This document shows positions 26,501 through 40,400 of a DNA stretch of 64,000 bases, in pieces. Each line of letters starts with the position of its first letter. Position 1 is the stretch's first letter. Made by a program: the position numbers and the translations under genes. The notes under the pieces are model-generated. The model was given only the letters and a program-made list of their open reading frames with translations, ran no database searches and was not told where the DNA came from. This stretch comes from Bugula neritina (lineage: Eukaryota; Animalia; Bryozoa): contig OZ037766.1 in NCBI GenBank assembly GCA_964035545.1, positions 22,928,767-22,992,766 on the forward strand, given 5' to 3'.

Positions 26501-29500
26501 ACAAGCAAATGATGATGGTGAGTAGACGTTCTAAATACAGTATACAGAGCTGGTGTGCATTATTAGTTAACTTGTGTGATTGTTCACAACTTAGTAGGCA
26601 GAATTTGTGGGTATGTATGGTGAATAAAATTAAAAAATGCAGTTATTGCATTTATAATAAGTTACACAAGATCATGCAAAGTTTTCATGTTGATATATAT
26701 TAACATCATGAGGTAAAGATAGAATTTTTTTGTAGTTGATAAATGATGTTCTAAATCTTTTTCCCCTTGACACTTTCTCAAACAGTGCTCTTCCGTATCT
26801 CACTGAACTGTGGGTCCTAAAGCCTCAATTCGTGGCATAGTAGAATACCAGAGTTAACTCATAGATCCGTTAAATTTGGTCATTTTGTCTCTATACACAT
26901 ACATAAGCCACAAAACGGGGGTCCAAGTCCTTGTCGTAACTTATGGAATTTTTTGAGAACTGGATCCGTGAGGTTTGAAAGGAGCACTGTACATCAATTA
27001 AATCACGAGGAGAAAATATTAACCTGCTTGGTATATTTCATCTATATTTAGAGCGCAGTGAACAAGAGCGTCTGCTGCACGAGAAACTAGCTAAGAAAAG
27101 AAGGAGTCGTCTAAAGAAACTTTCTAACCAACAGAAGAAGGCAAAGGAAGAGCTATATTCTAAATTGGGCAAGTCTTCCAACCCAGCAGACGTCAAGGTA
27201 CGTGAATTTTCAACTGTTGAGTGATATTAAACTTGTCCCTTACACTGTAGAAGAGTTAACTCGTTTTTGATTTTTTTATTATTTATTATATTGTTAAATT
27301 CGTCAATAAAAATGTTGATACTTTCAATTTTTAACATACATTTTTGTAACGGACTGTTTGATGCTTTGTTAGTCATTTTTACTGAAAGTGCTGTGTTTCG
27401 CACAAAGCCGTATAAACATCTCCATTTGTTGGCAATAAAAATGAATTTCTTTAAAACGCAGAATTTTGACCGTATATTATACTTCTTTTCTGACCAGAAC
27501 TAATTTCTCAGATTTGGCTGATGAACCAAATCATATTAAGTTCACTGATAATAAAAACTACAGCACTTTTCCATGTGTCTATAAGCTAAATATATCCTTA
27601 AAACCTGCTCCATATAATTTCAGGCATACGATGAGATGTTGGATCAGTTACATGAGGAGATGGAAAAAACGGTAGCTGAACTGGATGCTGAGGAAGCCAA
27701 ACAGATGACGGAACTGGCTCAGTCATACCTTGAGAACCTCACTTCTTCAACTGGTGAAGTGGATGAACAGTTTGCTAACCAGCTGGTAGAAGAGGGAAGT
27801 GTCAATGAAGATGATGTTTCTAAGATCATTAAGCTGCATAAGGCGGAAATGAAAGAGTATAATCGTGAGTATGAGACATCATTCGTGAATTCTATGGTTT
27901 ATAGTGTTGAACTTCTTACAAGAAAGATGATTTGTATAATGCAAAAATGATTAAACTACAGATCTGTTGATTTTGAAAAGTTCAGGTTTATCTCAGCTGT
28001 TTTACTAAAAAAAAACTCACGCAAGTTTATAGTCACTATCCCTGTGAGAAACTTCTGGTAGAAAGGGTTTTTGTTAAAGCGGGCTAAGGACTTATTTAAA
28101 CGAGGCACAGGAGCAATTATGACTGGATGCTCTTCCTAACAACACCAATGGCCTTTGTCAGGCTCGAACCCATGACCTCGTGTTCATTAGCCCCTAGACC
28201 ACGGCGCTCCTCAGCTGTTTTACTAAATACTGATTGTATTTATGTTTATATTGTTCACAGGAAATAGAGCGGCTGAGCAGAAGGCGATGGAAAGTAAGTT
28301 AGAAGGGCGTTTGGCGTTGAGGAAGAAACAAAGAGAAGAAAGCAAAGCTGAAGATCAGAGAGTATTTCAGGCTCTGAAACATCAGCAAGAAGAGATGGTG
28401 CAGACGGTTATTCAAGGTCAAGCAGACATTACAGAAGAGTAGGTTATGTAATACTTACTACTTTTTAATGTAATATTCACTACTCTGTTATGCAATACTC
28501 TGTTAGAGACTTGGTAGAAAACTCAATATTCTGTTCATTCCATTGAAATGTAAACTATTTTCTAAAATTTTGAAAATTGTTTCTTTAGTTTGCTGGCTAA
28601 ATAAGTTAGTCATTATCATCAGTTGCTGTTTATTACTTCGTGAAATTACTGATGAGAACAGCTTTTTTGCTTGACTCATCTAAACTGTATAGATGTGTTA
28701 GTGGTTATGAAGCAAATTGTAAACCTCCAGGAAACTGCTTACTCTAGTATTTGGCTAATTTGTGGATTATTGTGTTTAACAGAGCTGCAGCTCGAATCAT
28801 GGAGGAGCATAAAAGAAATATGGAGACCGTAAACAATCAGCTAGCTATGAGTAAACTCCGTCAACAGAAACAGTGAGTATTCTACGTAAGGTGCTGGTTA
28901 TACAGAGCTGTTCTATTGGATATAAAACTTGTAGTACTTTAGGTAACTATTTAATGTAACCAGTAACTGTAGTGCTCTGTTTAGTTAATATTTGTATTAT
29001 CTAATGTAAATACTGTAGTGCTGGATGTGAATAACAAATTTATGTTTTGTATTGCTTAGTAATTGTATATACAAATATGTAGCCTACATGCTTGTACATG
29101 TGTACATATGTGCATTTGTAGATGTATGTACATCGTACAGTATATATGTATACATTTATAAATGTATACATATATACTGTACGATGTACATACATTTATA
29201 AATGTATACATTTATATATGTATATGTGTATGTACTATGTAGTAATCAAAAAATAGTTGTGTCTTCAATATCATTGTTATTAGTCTGTTGCGTGGTGGTA
29301 TAATTAAACAGGCTAGAAGAACGGCTGGCTCAGAGGAAAGCCCGACTTGCTGAGAAAGAGAAAGCTCAAGAACTTAAAGAGCATGCAGGTGAAAAGCAAT
29401 CTAAAAAAGAGAAAGAAAAATTAGAGCAGGAAATTGCTGATGAAAAGAAAAAGATTAAAGATGTGAGTTTAGTTGTATAGTTTATTAAAAACGTGGTACA

Positions 29501-32500
29501 TACCAAAACTAATTCAAGTCACTTGATAGAAGAACTTAGAAGTAACTAATGTTTTTTTGGAGCCTATTTTTTACAGCCTTACTACACCCAATGTGTTTTG
29601 AGTCAACTTTCTTTCAGTCACATTCTAAACTCTAAAGGCTAAGAAACTAAAGGCATACACTGTAGTTTGAATCACTAACTGCTTAGCTGAATTACAGGAT
29701 CAAGAGAAAGAGCTGGCAGCTCTCAGAGAAAGGCTAGAGGATGAGACTAGGCAAGCCCTATTAGCTCAAGAAGCACAAATAAGTCAGCTGATTGGACAAT
29801 TGGAAGTGGGTCAAGCTAGGCGAAAGAACATTATTCAGAAGCAAGACAAACTAATCACTGAACTTGAAAATCAGTTAGCTAATAAGGTTAGCATTTTAAT
29901 GTTTCTAAAACTGGTCTAGTTATCTAAAGGTCTGTTTATTTCTTCAGAGTTCATGTGCTATGCATTATGATATGTACAGTGCATGTCTCATGGTTTTACA
30001 TCAGTGAAAGTAGCAAAAGTACTCGTAGCCATGTCTTAGGTGTTTGGGATTGTGTTCTACTCTAATACAATTTATTATAATATAATATCTTTGATATTAC
30101 AGGTCAATTCTAAGGTAGGTGGCAATAAATCCAAAGCCAGTGTTGCTTTCTGATATTTCTTTTCTTGATTTGAAAAGATTTTTCTACAAAATTTATGAAC
30201 CTGATCGTTCCCATAGTATAGTCAAACTCGGTGTTGTGCTACCAATTTTGTTTTTCTGCAATCATGGCAATAGTATGCGCTTAATAATTTTCATCTTTGT
30301 GCCTACTGGATAATTTAAATTTTTAATGTCATCTGCCATGAAACGAAGCTAGTTGAAATTTGCTTCTCTTGTAAATATAGCAGATTATGCTTTAAACATT
30401 TTTTCAAACTGTTTATTATATCGATTTATTCATGGATAAGTATTGGTACATATTGATAATAATATGTGGGTTTGCAAACTGTAATTAATAAAATATGACG
30501 TTTAACTAATCAAACTAAGTAACGCCTTCGCCTCAAAAGCTGTAAAGTGCTGTGTTTACCGCTTTTGTTTTGAAATTGGTAAAGGTGGGCGAGAATCCAA
30601 AGGGCTATACGACTACTACCGAGTTAATGCAGAAACATTATGGACAAGTAGACAATCTCACCGCAACTCTTCAGCAAACTAAAGAGAGACAAGAACAAGC
30701 TCTGCAGGAGCGTCTGGAGCAGAAGAAGTTGAAGCGAGAAGCGTGAGTTGTTACGTCATGTCATGCTGACACTGACACTATACACTGAGACTGTCAGCTT
30801 TGTTTATATCATGTGCTGCCTGTTTACAGAGAAATCAAGCAGCAGATTAAGATGGAGGCTCAGCGAGAAATGGAGAACCAAAGAGCCAGAGGTGCTGGGT
30901 AAGTGAATGGAACGTGTCAAGATCTTAACTAAAAAAGTGACGAATAAATATGACAATATTTTGTTTAGATGACACATTTTTGAATAATTTTCGTTCAAGG
31001 GTATATTTTCTGTTCTTTTTCATAATCGTTGGCAAAATAATTATCCAATTTGTGGTTCGAATACTTTGAATTGCGCTTGAAGTATTGGATCTATAGGCCA
31101 GACTTAAACTAAAATAGCACCACATAGAGTTTTACTTGTACTTACGCGGCCAACAATTATTTAAACTCAAAATGTTTATTTCTGTCCTAATTTTGTTATT
31201 GTGACGATTTTATCAACGCATTAAAGATTATGCATGCTGATTATGTTGTCATATAATAAGATTAATTTGTGTGTCTAACGTATATGTAAAGTTATTTTTA
31301 CAGTTTTAATAATGCAACTTTCGAACTTGGCTGTGTAGCACACCAAACTAAAGTTAATTAATGTAATATTATAAGAAATAAATCCAAAATTTTATAGTGA
31401 CTCACTTATGCATTTGCTGCTGCATTGTCTTGTAGGGTTGCCTCCCACATTCTTCTCGACATGATGTTACAACAGAGACATGAAAGAGCCATGCAGGAAC
31501 TTGAGATTGAAATGAAAGTGGAGTTGCAGAGGTCAAAAGATCAAATAAATAATGAGCTGAATGCAGAAATGATGGCTGCCCTTAGTGTAAGTACATAAGA
31601 AATAATGACTGGCTGTCCTTAGTGTAAGTACATAAGAAATAATGACTGGCTGTCCTTAGTGTAAGTACATAAGAAATGATGACTGTCCCTAGTGTAAGTA
31701 CATAAGAAATGATGACTGTCCCTAGTGTAAGTACATAAGAAATGATGGCTGTCCTTAGTGTAAGTACATAAGAAATGATGGCTGTCCTTAGTGTAAGAAC
31801 ATAAGATTTGTTCTCCTGTATTGAAGAGTTATTAAGCTAGCCTGACATCTACTATACATACAATTTGGGTTTAACCATTATCAACAGACCACTCGGATTT
31901 TAGCATATGGTCTAAGTAAAAATAATCTGCAGCGAAAATCAAATGCACTCCCATAATAAATGTAATGTATTGGTTGAGTTCAATCAGTGTTTTGCTCTAT
32001 TTCGTTTTATGAAAGGAAAAAGGTGATAAGCATATAATTTGCTTATTAAAGTTTATCTGTTATATTCACACAAATTTTTGTGCAAAACAAAATCATTTCT
32101 TATATCATTATAATGGAACACAGGCTTTAAGACTTGTCTGATATTACACCAAACCTCCATAGGTATATTTTTTTAGAACTAAGCTGTAGATTTATTTATG
32201 GATGATGTTTTAGGATGAAGGGAAGAACTTTATGGCCCAGATTGCTGCCAACAGCGGAATAACCAATGAAGATCTGACTGCAGCCATGCAGAATGCTGGA
32301 AATTGTATGCATTATTTATTTATAATGATCTTGCAGTAAATACCACATTCGAAACACATCATAGATAATCTAGTCTTATGCACATGTTATACTCAATGTG
32401 AACAAAACTATTAAGATTATGCTTTAAGAAAGTTGTTATAATAAATAATTATAGGCAGGCTATTATATGCTGTTAAACTTAGGAATGTAAATGTTTGCTT

Positions 32501-32875
32501 AGAGTAGGCAGATAACTTTACATGCTGGCAAGGGATATATATGTCAAAGTCAGCAACTTAACACCCACCCATCTTTTTACGTTAAAATTGTTTAGTTTTT
32601 AAACCTTCAACCAAGATTGAAGCTATTAATTACACAAGATAGTTTGTTAACTTTTTTAGTAATTTGTAGCACTATATTAATTTTACTCTGCTGTCAAGAA
32701 CGCGAAACTTCAGTCAAAAAATTTCTCAATATGTACTTTAAAGTAAAATTTTTAAAGTATATTTTCTGTTGTAGCAATTCAAGCTAATGATCAAACTGTA
32801 AAGAAATTAGCGAAAGAAATGAAGGTTCGAGTCAAGACAGCTAGAGGAGAGAGAAGACAACAACAAGAGTATTAA
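23511..32875 (+). CDS. EVC: EVC (Ellis-van Creveld protein)-like, N-terminal TM anchor plus coiled coil (multi-exon, apparently complete)
   Basis: ATG at 23511 (MSAQACLEIDV...) is followed by an N-terminal hydrophobic anchor (GLGFLFAFLVGGILGAVLA) and then coiled-coil exons with EVC-type motifs (ALEERLARRKEL, LHEKLAKKRR, LEERLAQRKA, LQERLEQKK). The last exon 32775-32875 ends ...RRQQQEY-TAA. It is divergent from the EVC2-like gene, as in known EVC/EVC2 loci. Confidence 0.75.
26783..26989. mobile_element. MITE family A copy 2 (opposite orientation)
   Basis: CAGTGCTC...GGAGCACTG|TA; the interior (gatccgttaaattt, catacataagcc) is the reverse complement of copies 1 and 3. Confidence 0.8.
28013..28210 (-). 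mobile_element. tRNA-derived SINE-like element, copy 2
   Basis: The - strand head has box A-like TGGTCTAGGGG and box B-like GGTTCGAGCC; the body is shared with the 16792 copy. Confidence 0.7.
29122..29195. repeat. Perfect spacerless 74-bp palindrome
   Basis: 37-bp arms atgtatgtacatcgtacagtatatatgtatacattta / taaatgtatacatatatactgtacgatgtacatacat. Confidence 0.9.
31565..31805 (+). repeat. 33/37-bp tandem repeat spanning an EVC exon-intron junction
   Basis: Unit agaaatgatggctgtccttagt|gtaagtacata; GTAAG at 31587, 31624, 31661, 31694, 31727, 31760 and 31793. Confidence 0.9.
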
Positions 32876-34447
32876 ATATCAACTGTTGATGTGATTCGGT
32901 CATGTGGCTTAGCAAAGTAAGACATACATCCTCTCTGTAACTTTTGTACACATACTCAGCCACTTACTAGTGGAGAAAGTTGAATTTTCTCTTGAAATTG
33001 ACATTATTTTAAAGAGTGCTATAAATAAAGTAAGCTAGTGTCACATATTAGTAAAAATTTCAAATAAATTAAAATATCCTTGTTTTTAAAAACAATAAAG
33101 ATAATGATGGTACATTTCACCTCCAAGCTCCTTTAAACAATGATGTGCTACGTACCTTAAGAGAAAATTGCAATGATATACAAAACAGTTCCAAGCAACT
33201 GTTAGTTTTACATACCTATAAATATTTTGTAAATATTGCACAGAAATACTTGGAAAACATGATTTTCATATGTTTAATTTTCTAGAAGAAATTGCTAAAG
33301 GAGGACACAACACTAAATGATCTAAAGGACTTATAAACAACTTGAATGGTTTTTATGCCATGCACAGATTTTGCAGTTTCTCTAAGTTTCTGTCTTCCTA
33401 TCCAAATGATATTCTTTCGCTGAAAAATCATATGTTGAAGCTGTTAGCCACAAGTATGTGCCATGGCCTGGTAACCTGAATGGTGTAGTGCAAGATATGA
33501 GTTATCTTAAAAGCAGCCATGCTATATATAAACTTCAGATAAATGAAACAACTTGTATTTCAAGCGTAATTTCCTAGTCCATTTATATGTTAGATCTAAA
33601 ACTAGCATTTCAAGTTGGCAAATATCAGCCCAGAGTTGTAACTAAGTTATCAAGGCTACAAATGTAAAGTTGATTAGGGGCCAGGAAGCTGCTGATAAAC
33701 ATTATTTATGTTCATTTATTATTTAAAATAAAAGTCTCCAGTTGTTGTATTACGGAAAAGTATTTTTTCTAGAAGTTAGTATAATATTCTCCTATGCAAT
33801 ATGTTTTAAATCAATATTCTTTTCATAACACCCTACTTTCTATTGTTGATCTCTACCTTAATTTGGATGCATTTATAACTTTGAGTATAATTTTTATGGT
33901 AATATAATATTTTTATGATTAGTTTCGTTTTTTAAAATAAAATGTATGAATTGTCAAAAACTTAAAAATTTTTCGACTTGACTTCTTTTCTATTTCTTTA
34001 TTATCTAAAACACAATTGCACCATTAATATGTAAACATTCAAATTTAGAAAATATATAGTAGCAATTTAGAAATTTTGGATTAGTAAATTAAAGAAATCA
34101 AAGAAAAAACCGGATTAGATTCATAGCTTTCTTGTTCAGCATATACAATGTTATGAACAAAGGCCTAGAAAATTTCAAAAAATATGACAAATCTGATAAA
34201 AAGAGAACGACTCAATGATTCAAGTGAAAATTTTAGATTACTCCAATATTAGCTAACAAAATAATTTAGAAGATACATATATTATGCACATAAAATATCA
34301 TTCGATATAATTGCTATAAATAAAGCTAATTGTAATTTTTAGAACTGTGAAGCCTGAAATAGGTTGATTTTTTCAAGAGGTCACAACTCTGTATAGTTAG
34401 TGATTGTACGGTGAGATGTAAGGTCAAAGGTGGACAATTCTTTGCAA

Positions 34448-37400
34448 TTAGTAATTGCTTAACAGACTCATAGCTTCAGCTGCTTTACTTCTTACTTTAA
34501 AATCAGGGTCCCCGAGTAAAGCAAGCAAAGCTAAAACATAAATTTTTAAAGATATATCTAGATAATCTATAAATACATTATCACAGCTTATTTTAGAGTT
34601 GATTTGGAAAATGAATAATATGGAAGCCTATAGCTCAACCAGTTATAAGCTTAGAAATCTTATACCTCAAACAATTTTCAACTCAAGTACTAAAAAATTA
34701 GAAAAAAAATGTAACTAAAAATAAAAAATCATTAGTAAAATCTTCCAATACAAAATCTTACCGCTAGAGATGTGGCTATGATTAACTAAAGAATGAGCAC
34801 TGTCTGGTAAAGCATTCATCAGAAAACCTAAAAATATGGCTGCATTGGAGCGAATTTCTGGCCAGGGGCTCTTGAAAGCAGTAATGATGCTGGTGATGAA
34901 GTTAGGAATATGCTCTTTAAAATCTATGACCTACAAAACAATTCGTGTTATTAGCTAATTATGGTTAGCTCACACGACAGTACAGCTAGCTGATTCTTTA
35001 ATATTAGTCATTGACCCCATTTTTTGGGCAGCAATGTCAGTTGTTGTCACTATCAACATAAAATTGTATTTTAACTCAATGTTCAGTCATTTGTTAGCTT
35101 CCTAAAAAGATAATCAGAATTATGAAAACATTTAAGATAATTTTAAAAGTAAATCAGACTTACAATTTTTTACGTAAGTATTACATAAAATTGCATTATA
35201 TTTTCGCACTCAGAGCCTAAGAGTATAGCCTGCCTACCAGAGATTTACACAAGTCATTTATAAACTCTCCATAGTGAAGTTGAGCTGAGTCTATCATGTA
35301 TTTCTGGAACATTCCATTTGTACTTTCAGAGTTGAGAAGAGGACCAACCAGTCTTAGAGTGTGTTTACAAGCCTGTAACCAATTAGCATGCATGTAACAA
35401 AACTAATGAAAGCAGTGTATTAATTGGTTGAAAATATGGCTGGATAAAATATCCAACAAACTGGGTTGAGTACAAAACATCTCAAATATCAAAAATTAAC
35501 TTTTAGTGGAAGCACTAGATATTTTAACCCACACTGTATATGAGTGTCTTTGTAACATAGAAAGACAATCATATATCCTCCCTCACACCACTATATATTA
35601 GCACCTTGTAATATTAAGCACAAGCTTCAAATATTATGTTTCTAGGTCACCGTCACCCCCAACCCCCTGTATATCTATTTCTATTCTATATAATCCCCAA
35701 TGGAATAGTTTTTTGGTCATGCTATTTCAGCCTCATAGAAAAAACTAAACATGAATTTGCTGACATGGAATGCCCACTTAAGACACTACTTAGTATGGGA
35801 CAGCTTATACAACACAACACTGTCAAAGAAGAACTGTCAAACAGAGAATATCTTAGCTTGTCATTAAATGTATGGGAACAGATCAGTTATATTGTAAAGA
35901 GGTATATTAGCCATTGACACTGTAACAAGTGATGATTTAGCTAATAGCGTGGCAGTATAAAAAAGGATTCACAGTAAACAAAATAACAACAGATGGAGTG
36001 AGACAGATTGGAGCTGCAATAATGTTGATGTATTCACTGCTGTTGATTTATTTCTCTTATATAACATTCACAGGTAACAAGTTCTTAATGCCTATTTAAG
36101 ATTTACTAATTACTATATATCTTGTGTAGTCTAAAGCATTGAGTTGGCTAGAATTCTTCTTGCAATTATAGTTATAGGAAGCATGTTTAGGATGTTTATT
36201 ATAGTAAACACCACATTTAGGATGTAAACACAAAATTTAGACTTAAGATCCTTGATTTATATTCAGATTTTCAGAGTGTAAGATGATACTATGAAAGTGA
36301 CAAAGAGATTTCAGTTGATTGGTCACTTTAACAAACATTTTACACATGCTTCTTGCAATTCTAATTGCAATATGTAGGCATAGATTAATTGCATCATTTA
36401 CTACATTATGTCCATGTCAAAGTTCTACAAGATGCCAAAAATGAAAGCCATTATAATTTTATCTTTATTTTACTGACAGAGGTTAAAAAAGTTAAGCAAC
36501 CAATTACTCTACCGGATTTAAACCTTAACCAAACACTGAAGATTGGAAACCTCCCAGAATGCTGGCCCATGCTGACAGAACGAGTGTTTTCCAGCCATTC
36601 TAAATACAGTTCAACATATAGATCCCATCTACACTGTGTTAGAATAATAGAAGGTAAACCATAACGCTACATATGATTTTATGAAAATTGTGAGCCATCA
36701 GGCAACTGCATTATAAGCCGACAACTTATTACTTGAATAATCAAGCTTTTTAGATTAAATTTCTCTAAGAAAATGAAATTTTATTTTTTAACAAAAACTG
36801 GTAGCTCCCGTGGGATACAGAGTAGTGGTTTCGTTTGTCAATGGCTACTCCCTTCAAGAAGACAAAACAGGAAATAGTACCGTCTGCCGAGACTATCTGA
36901 CATTCCAAGATGGCCTTTATGATTTCTCCCCAGTTATAAAGATGGTATGTGGAAAAAAGAAGAAAAATGAAGTGCAAAAGATTACTTCAACCTCGAGATT
37001 TTTACGAGTTGTTTTGCATACAGATCATAATGTTACAGAGAGTGGGTTTAAGATGGAGTATGAATTTACAAGTAAGTTATAGCCCATACCTACTTTTTCA
37101 ATCACGTTCATTTAATAATATTTTACCTTTTCATACATGATGTGTAGTTATCAATTATAGTACTAAAATAATATTTTACACTCACTCTACAGCACACAAA
37201 TTAAACTTTGCAGCATTCAAGTCCTAATCTATAGTACTTAGGTCATACTGTGTAGTACTCAAGTCATACTGTGTAGCACTCAAGTCATACTGTGCAATAC
37301 TCGAGTCATACTGTGCAGTACTCAAGTCATACTGCACAGCAACCATGCCATAGTTTTGTTTCTACGATCAGAGTTTCCCACTCAAACACGTTGATAGTTC

Positions 37401-40400
37401 AATAATTTCTTTAACTTAGTATTTTATTCTACGGCTAGGCAAGCCATGTTCATAACACACAATGTGTAACATTACATTTGCAAATAATGCTGGTATTTCT
37501 ATTGCAGGTTCTTCAAAGACATCAGAAGGTAAGTAACTAAAATAGTTGGCCAAAGAAGTAAAATTAAAAAATTACAGTCAACTTGTATAAAAACAAAGCA
37601 GAAAGCAGTTCTTCTAGTCCTCATTATGTGAATTTTTAGAATTTTATTTTCTTATTTCTTCTAATTTATTTACTTATTTCTTCTATTTTATTTACTTATT
37701 TATTCTATTTCTTCTATTCTATTTACTCATTTATTATATTTCTTCTATTTTATTTACTTATTTATTCTATTTTATTTACTTATTTATTCTATTTTATTTA
37801 CTTATTTATTCTATTTTATTTACTTATTTATTCTATTTTATTTTCTTATTTATTCTATTTTATTTACTCATTTTATTTACTCATTTTATTTACTTACTAT
37901 TTATTAGACTGCTACAACTATATACAAGTGAAAGATAAAGAAGAGTTCCAAATCGAAATCGAATCTACAACTTTGGGAGACTCTGAGATTGAGAACAGAC
38001 AAAATATAAGTTGTGTTTGGGACATAGAAAGCTCACTCACACATGTAAGTGTCAACAATTGATAGCAAATTAATATATATCAAATGAAACTCTTAAAGTA
38101 AATATCCTTTAACAAAACAATAATTTTTTACTATGTTAATCTAATGAGTTAAAATCCCTTTTGTGATTCACCTGCACTCAACCTTTTATTGATGCAAACT
38201 TTTCAGCAAGTACTTATAATTCTTTCAATTTCCTCTGAAAATAGCAACTGCCAATTTTTGTTTTGTTTTAGATGATAATTGATATGGCCAATGAAACGAA
38301 TTGGAATACAGCGGCAAACCCAGGTGAAAAGAGAGTGCAAATCTATGGGACAGACTCCTATAGTTGGACACATCTGGAGTTGCTAGAAGAGCTAAAACCA
38401 GACAAAGTGGGATTTAATAAAGTGGAGAGTAGAAAGATGGTGAATAAAAGCAGATGTCTGTTGTATGTATTTGCAAGGAGACGAGAATATTTCCCAACAT
38501 TCACTGTTCAAGTCATGGCCTACACTAAGAGAGGCACAGGTTAGTTGACAATACCTATTACTATGTACTGTCTTCATAATGGTTTTGTTTTAGTTCAGTG
38601 TTTAAAGAAGAAAAGAATTCAAATGCATGCACATTATGCTAACATATTCTTGAAAAATACCACCAGCCTTTTGAATTGATCTTAGTAAGTAAATAAACAT
38701 AATTTTCAAAGTTAAAACTAATACTTTTAGAATGACTTTTGGAAAAGGAAGTTTCTAACTCTACCCGTTCTTGCTACAACTCGTTAAGTTACTTGTAATA
38801 AACCCAAGTTCAAATCAAAACTATTTTTGAAAAAATGAAGATGTTAAAAGATATTAACTTCAAGAGCTTATTATCTATAACTGCAATAGTACTATCAGTG
38901 TAATGAGCTCCAAACCTGACTATATTGTTGGTAGAGAGGTGTATTGATGAGACATTTGACTGCAAAACTGGAGAGATCGAGTGCATACCGGAAACACTCA
39001 AGTGCAACAATATCTCAGAATGTCTAAGTATGGAGGATGAGAGAACATGTATGATAGACTTGCCAGAATTACCAAGTAAGTGAAGTCAAGTATATCTACA
39101 GTAGTACTAGTATTATAGTGTGTTACTATTATACAGTAGTACTAGTATTATATTGTGTTACTATTATACAGTAGAATGAGTGAGGTATTAGTTATAGAAC
39201 TAGTGTAGCACAGTACTAGTGTAGTGTAGTATTAGTGTAACGCAGTACTGGGGTAGTGACTTAACATGACTTCAGTATAGTGATATTGTCACAGTCATAG
39301 TACGTATGCAGTAGGTGTATTTGTAGTGTGCCGAAGTTGTACTGAAGTTTACTATACTATGTTGTAGCAAGAAGTCGACTAGCTGAAATTATGAGATATC
39401 TACTAAACATGTTGGGTGCGCTGGTTTCACTCGGACTACTTATAGCATTGTCGTGCATCGTGGTCAAATTATTACAACACAAAGCTAAATTTTCGGCTTT
39501 ATTGACCTTATGGCGAGCCAGCCCAGGTCTACAATCTGCCTAGTCACATGACCATTGCATATAGATGTGACACAGTCAACACCTTTATTTTAATTATGTT
39601 CACTGACATTTCTTTAATTATAGTAAGCACAGCTGGTGCATTCAGTGTGTAGAGTATAATAACACAGCTCCTACTGCTTACATTTACAAACTTCCTTCCC
39701 AAAATGTTTTTTGATGAGTTCAACATTAATATACTATGTATATAATATTAATTGGATCACAATAGAGGCTCTTAAGTTGTACAATTATAACTGAAGTATG
39801 ATAAAGATGAATACAAATAAACCAAGTACAACCCTTTGAGATGTTTTACATCAGAGAGATATAAATATAGTATGTTACATTGTAGACATATGTGCTACAT
39901 CTTAAGACATATTTCCATGAGTTAAGTAAATATAGACCTAGATATATACACTACATAGACATAGATATATACACTACATAGACCTAGATATATACACTAC
40001 ATAGACCTAGATATATACACTACATAGACCTAGATATATACACTACATAGACCTAGATATATATACTATATAGACCTAGATATATACACTACATAGACCT
40101 AGATATATACACTACATAGACATAGATATATACACTACATAGACCTAGATATATACACTACATAGACCTAGATATATACACTACATAGACCTAGATATAT
40201 ACACTACATAGACCTAGATATATACACTACATAGAAATAGATATATACACTACATAGACCTAGATACATACACTACACAGACATAGATATATACACTACA
40301 TAGACATAGATATATACACTACATAGACCTAGATACATACACTACACAGACATAGATATATACACTACATAGACCTAAATATATACACTACATAGACCTA

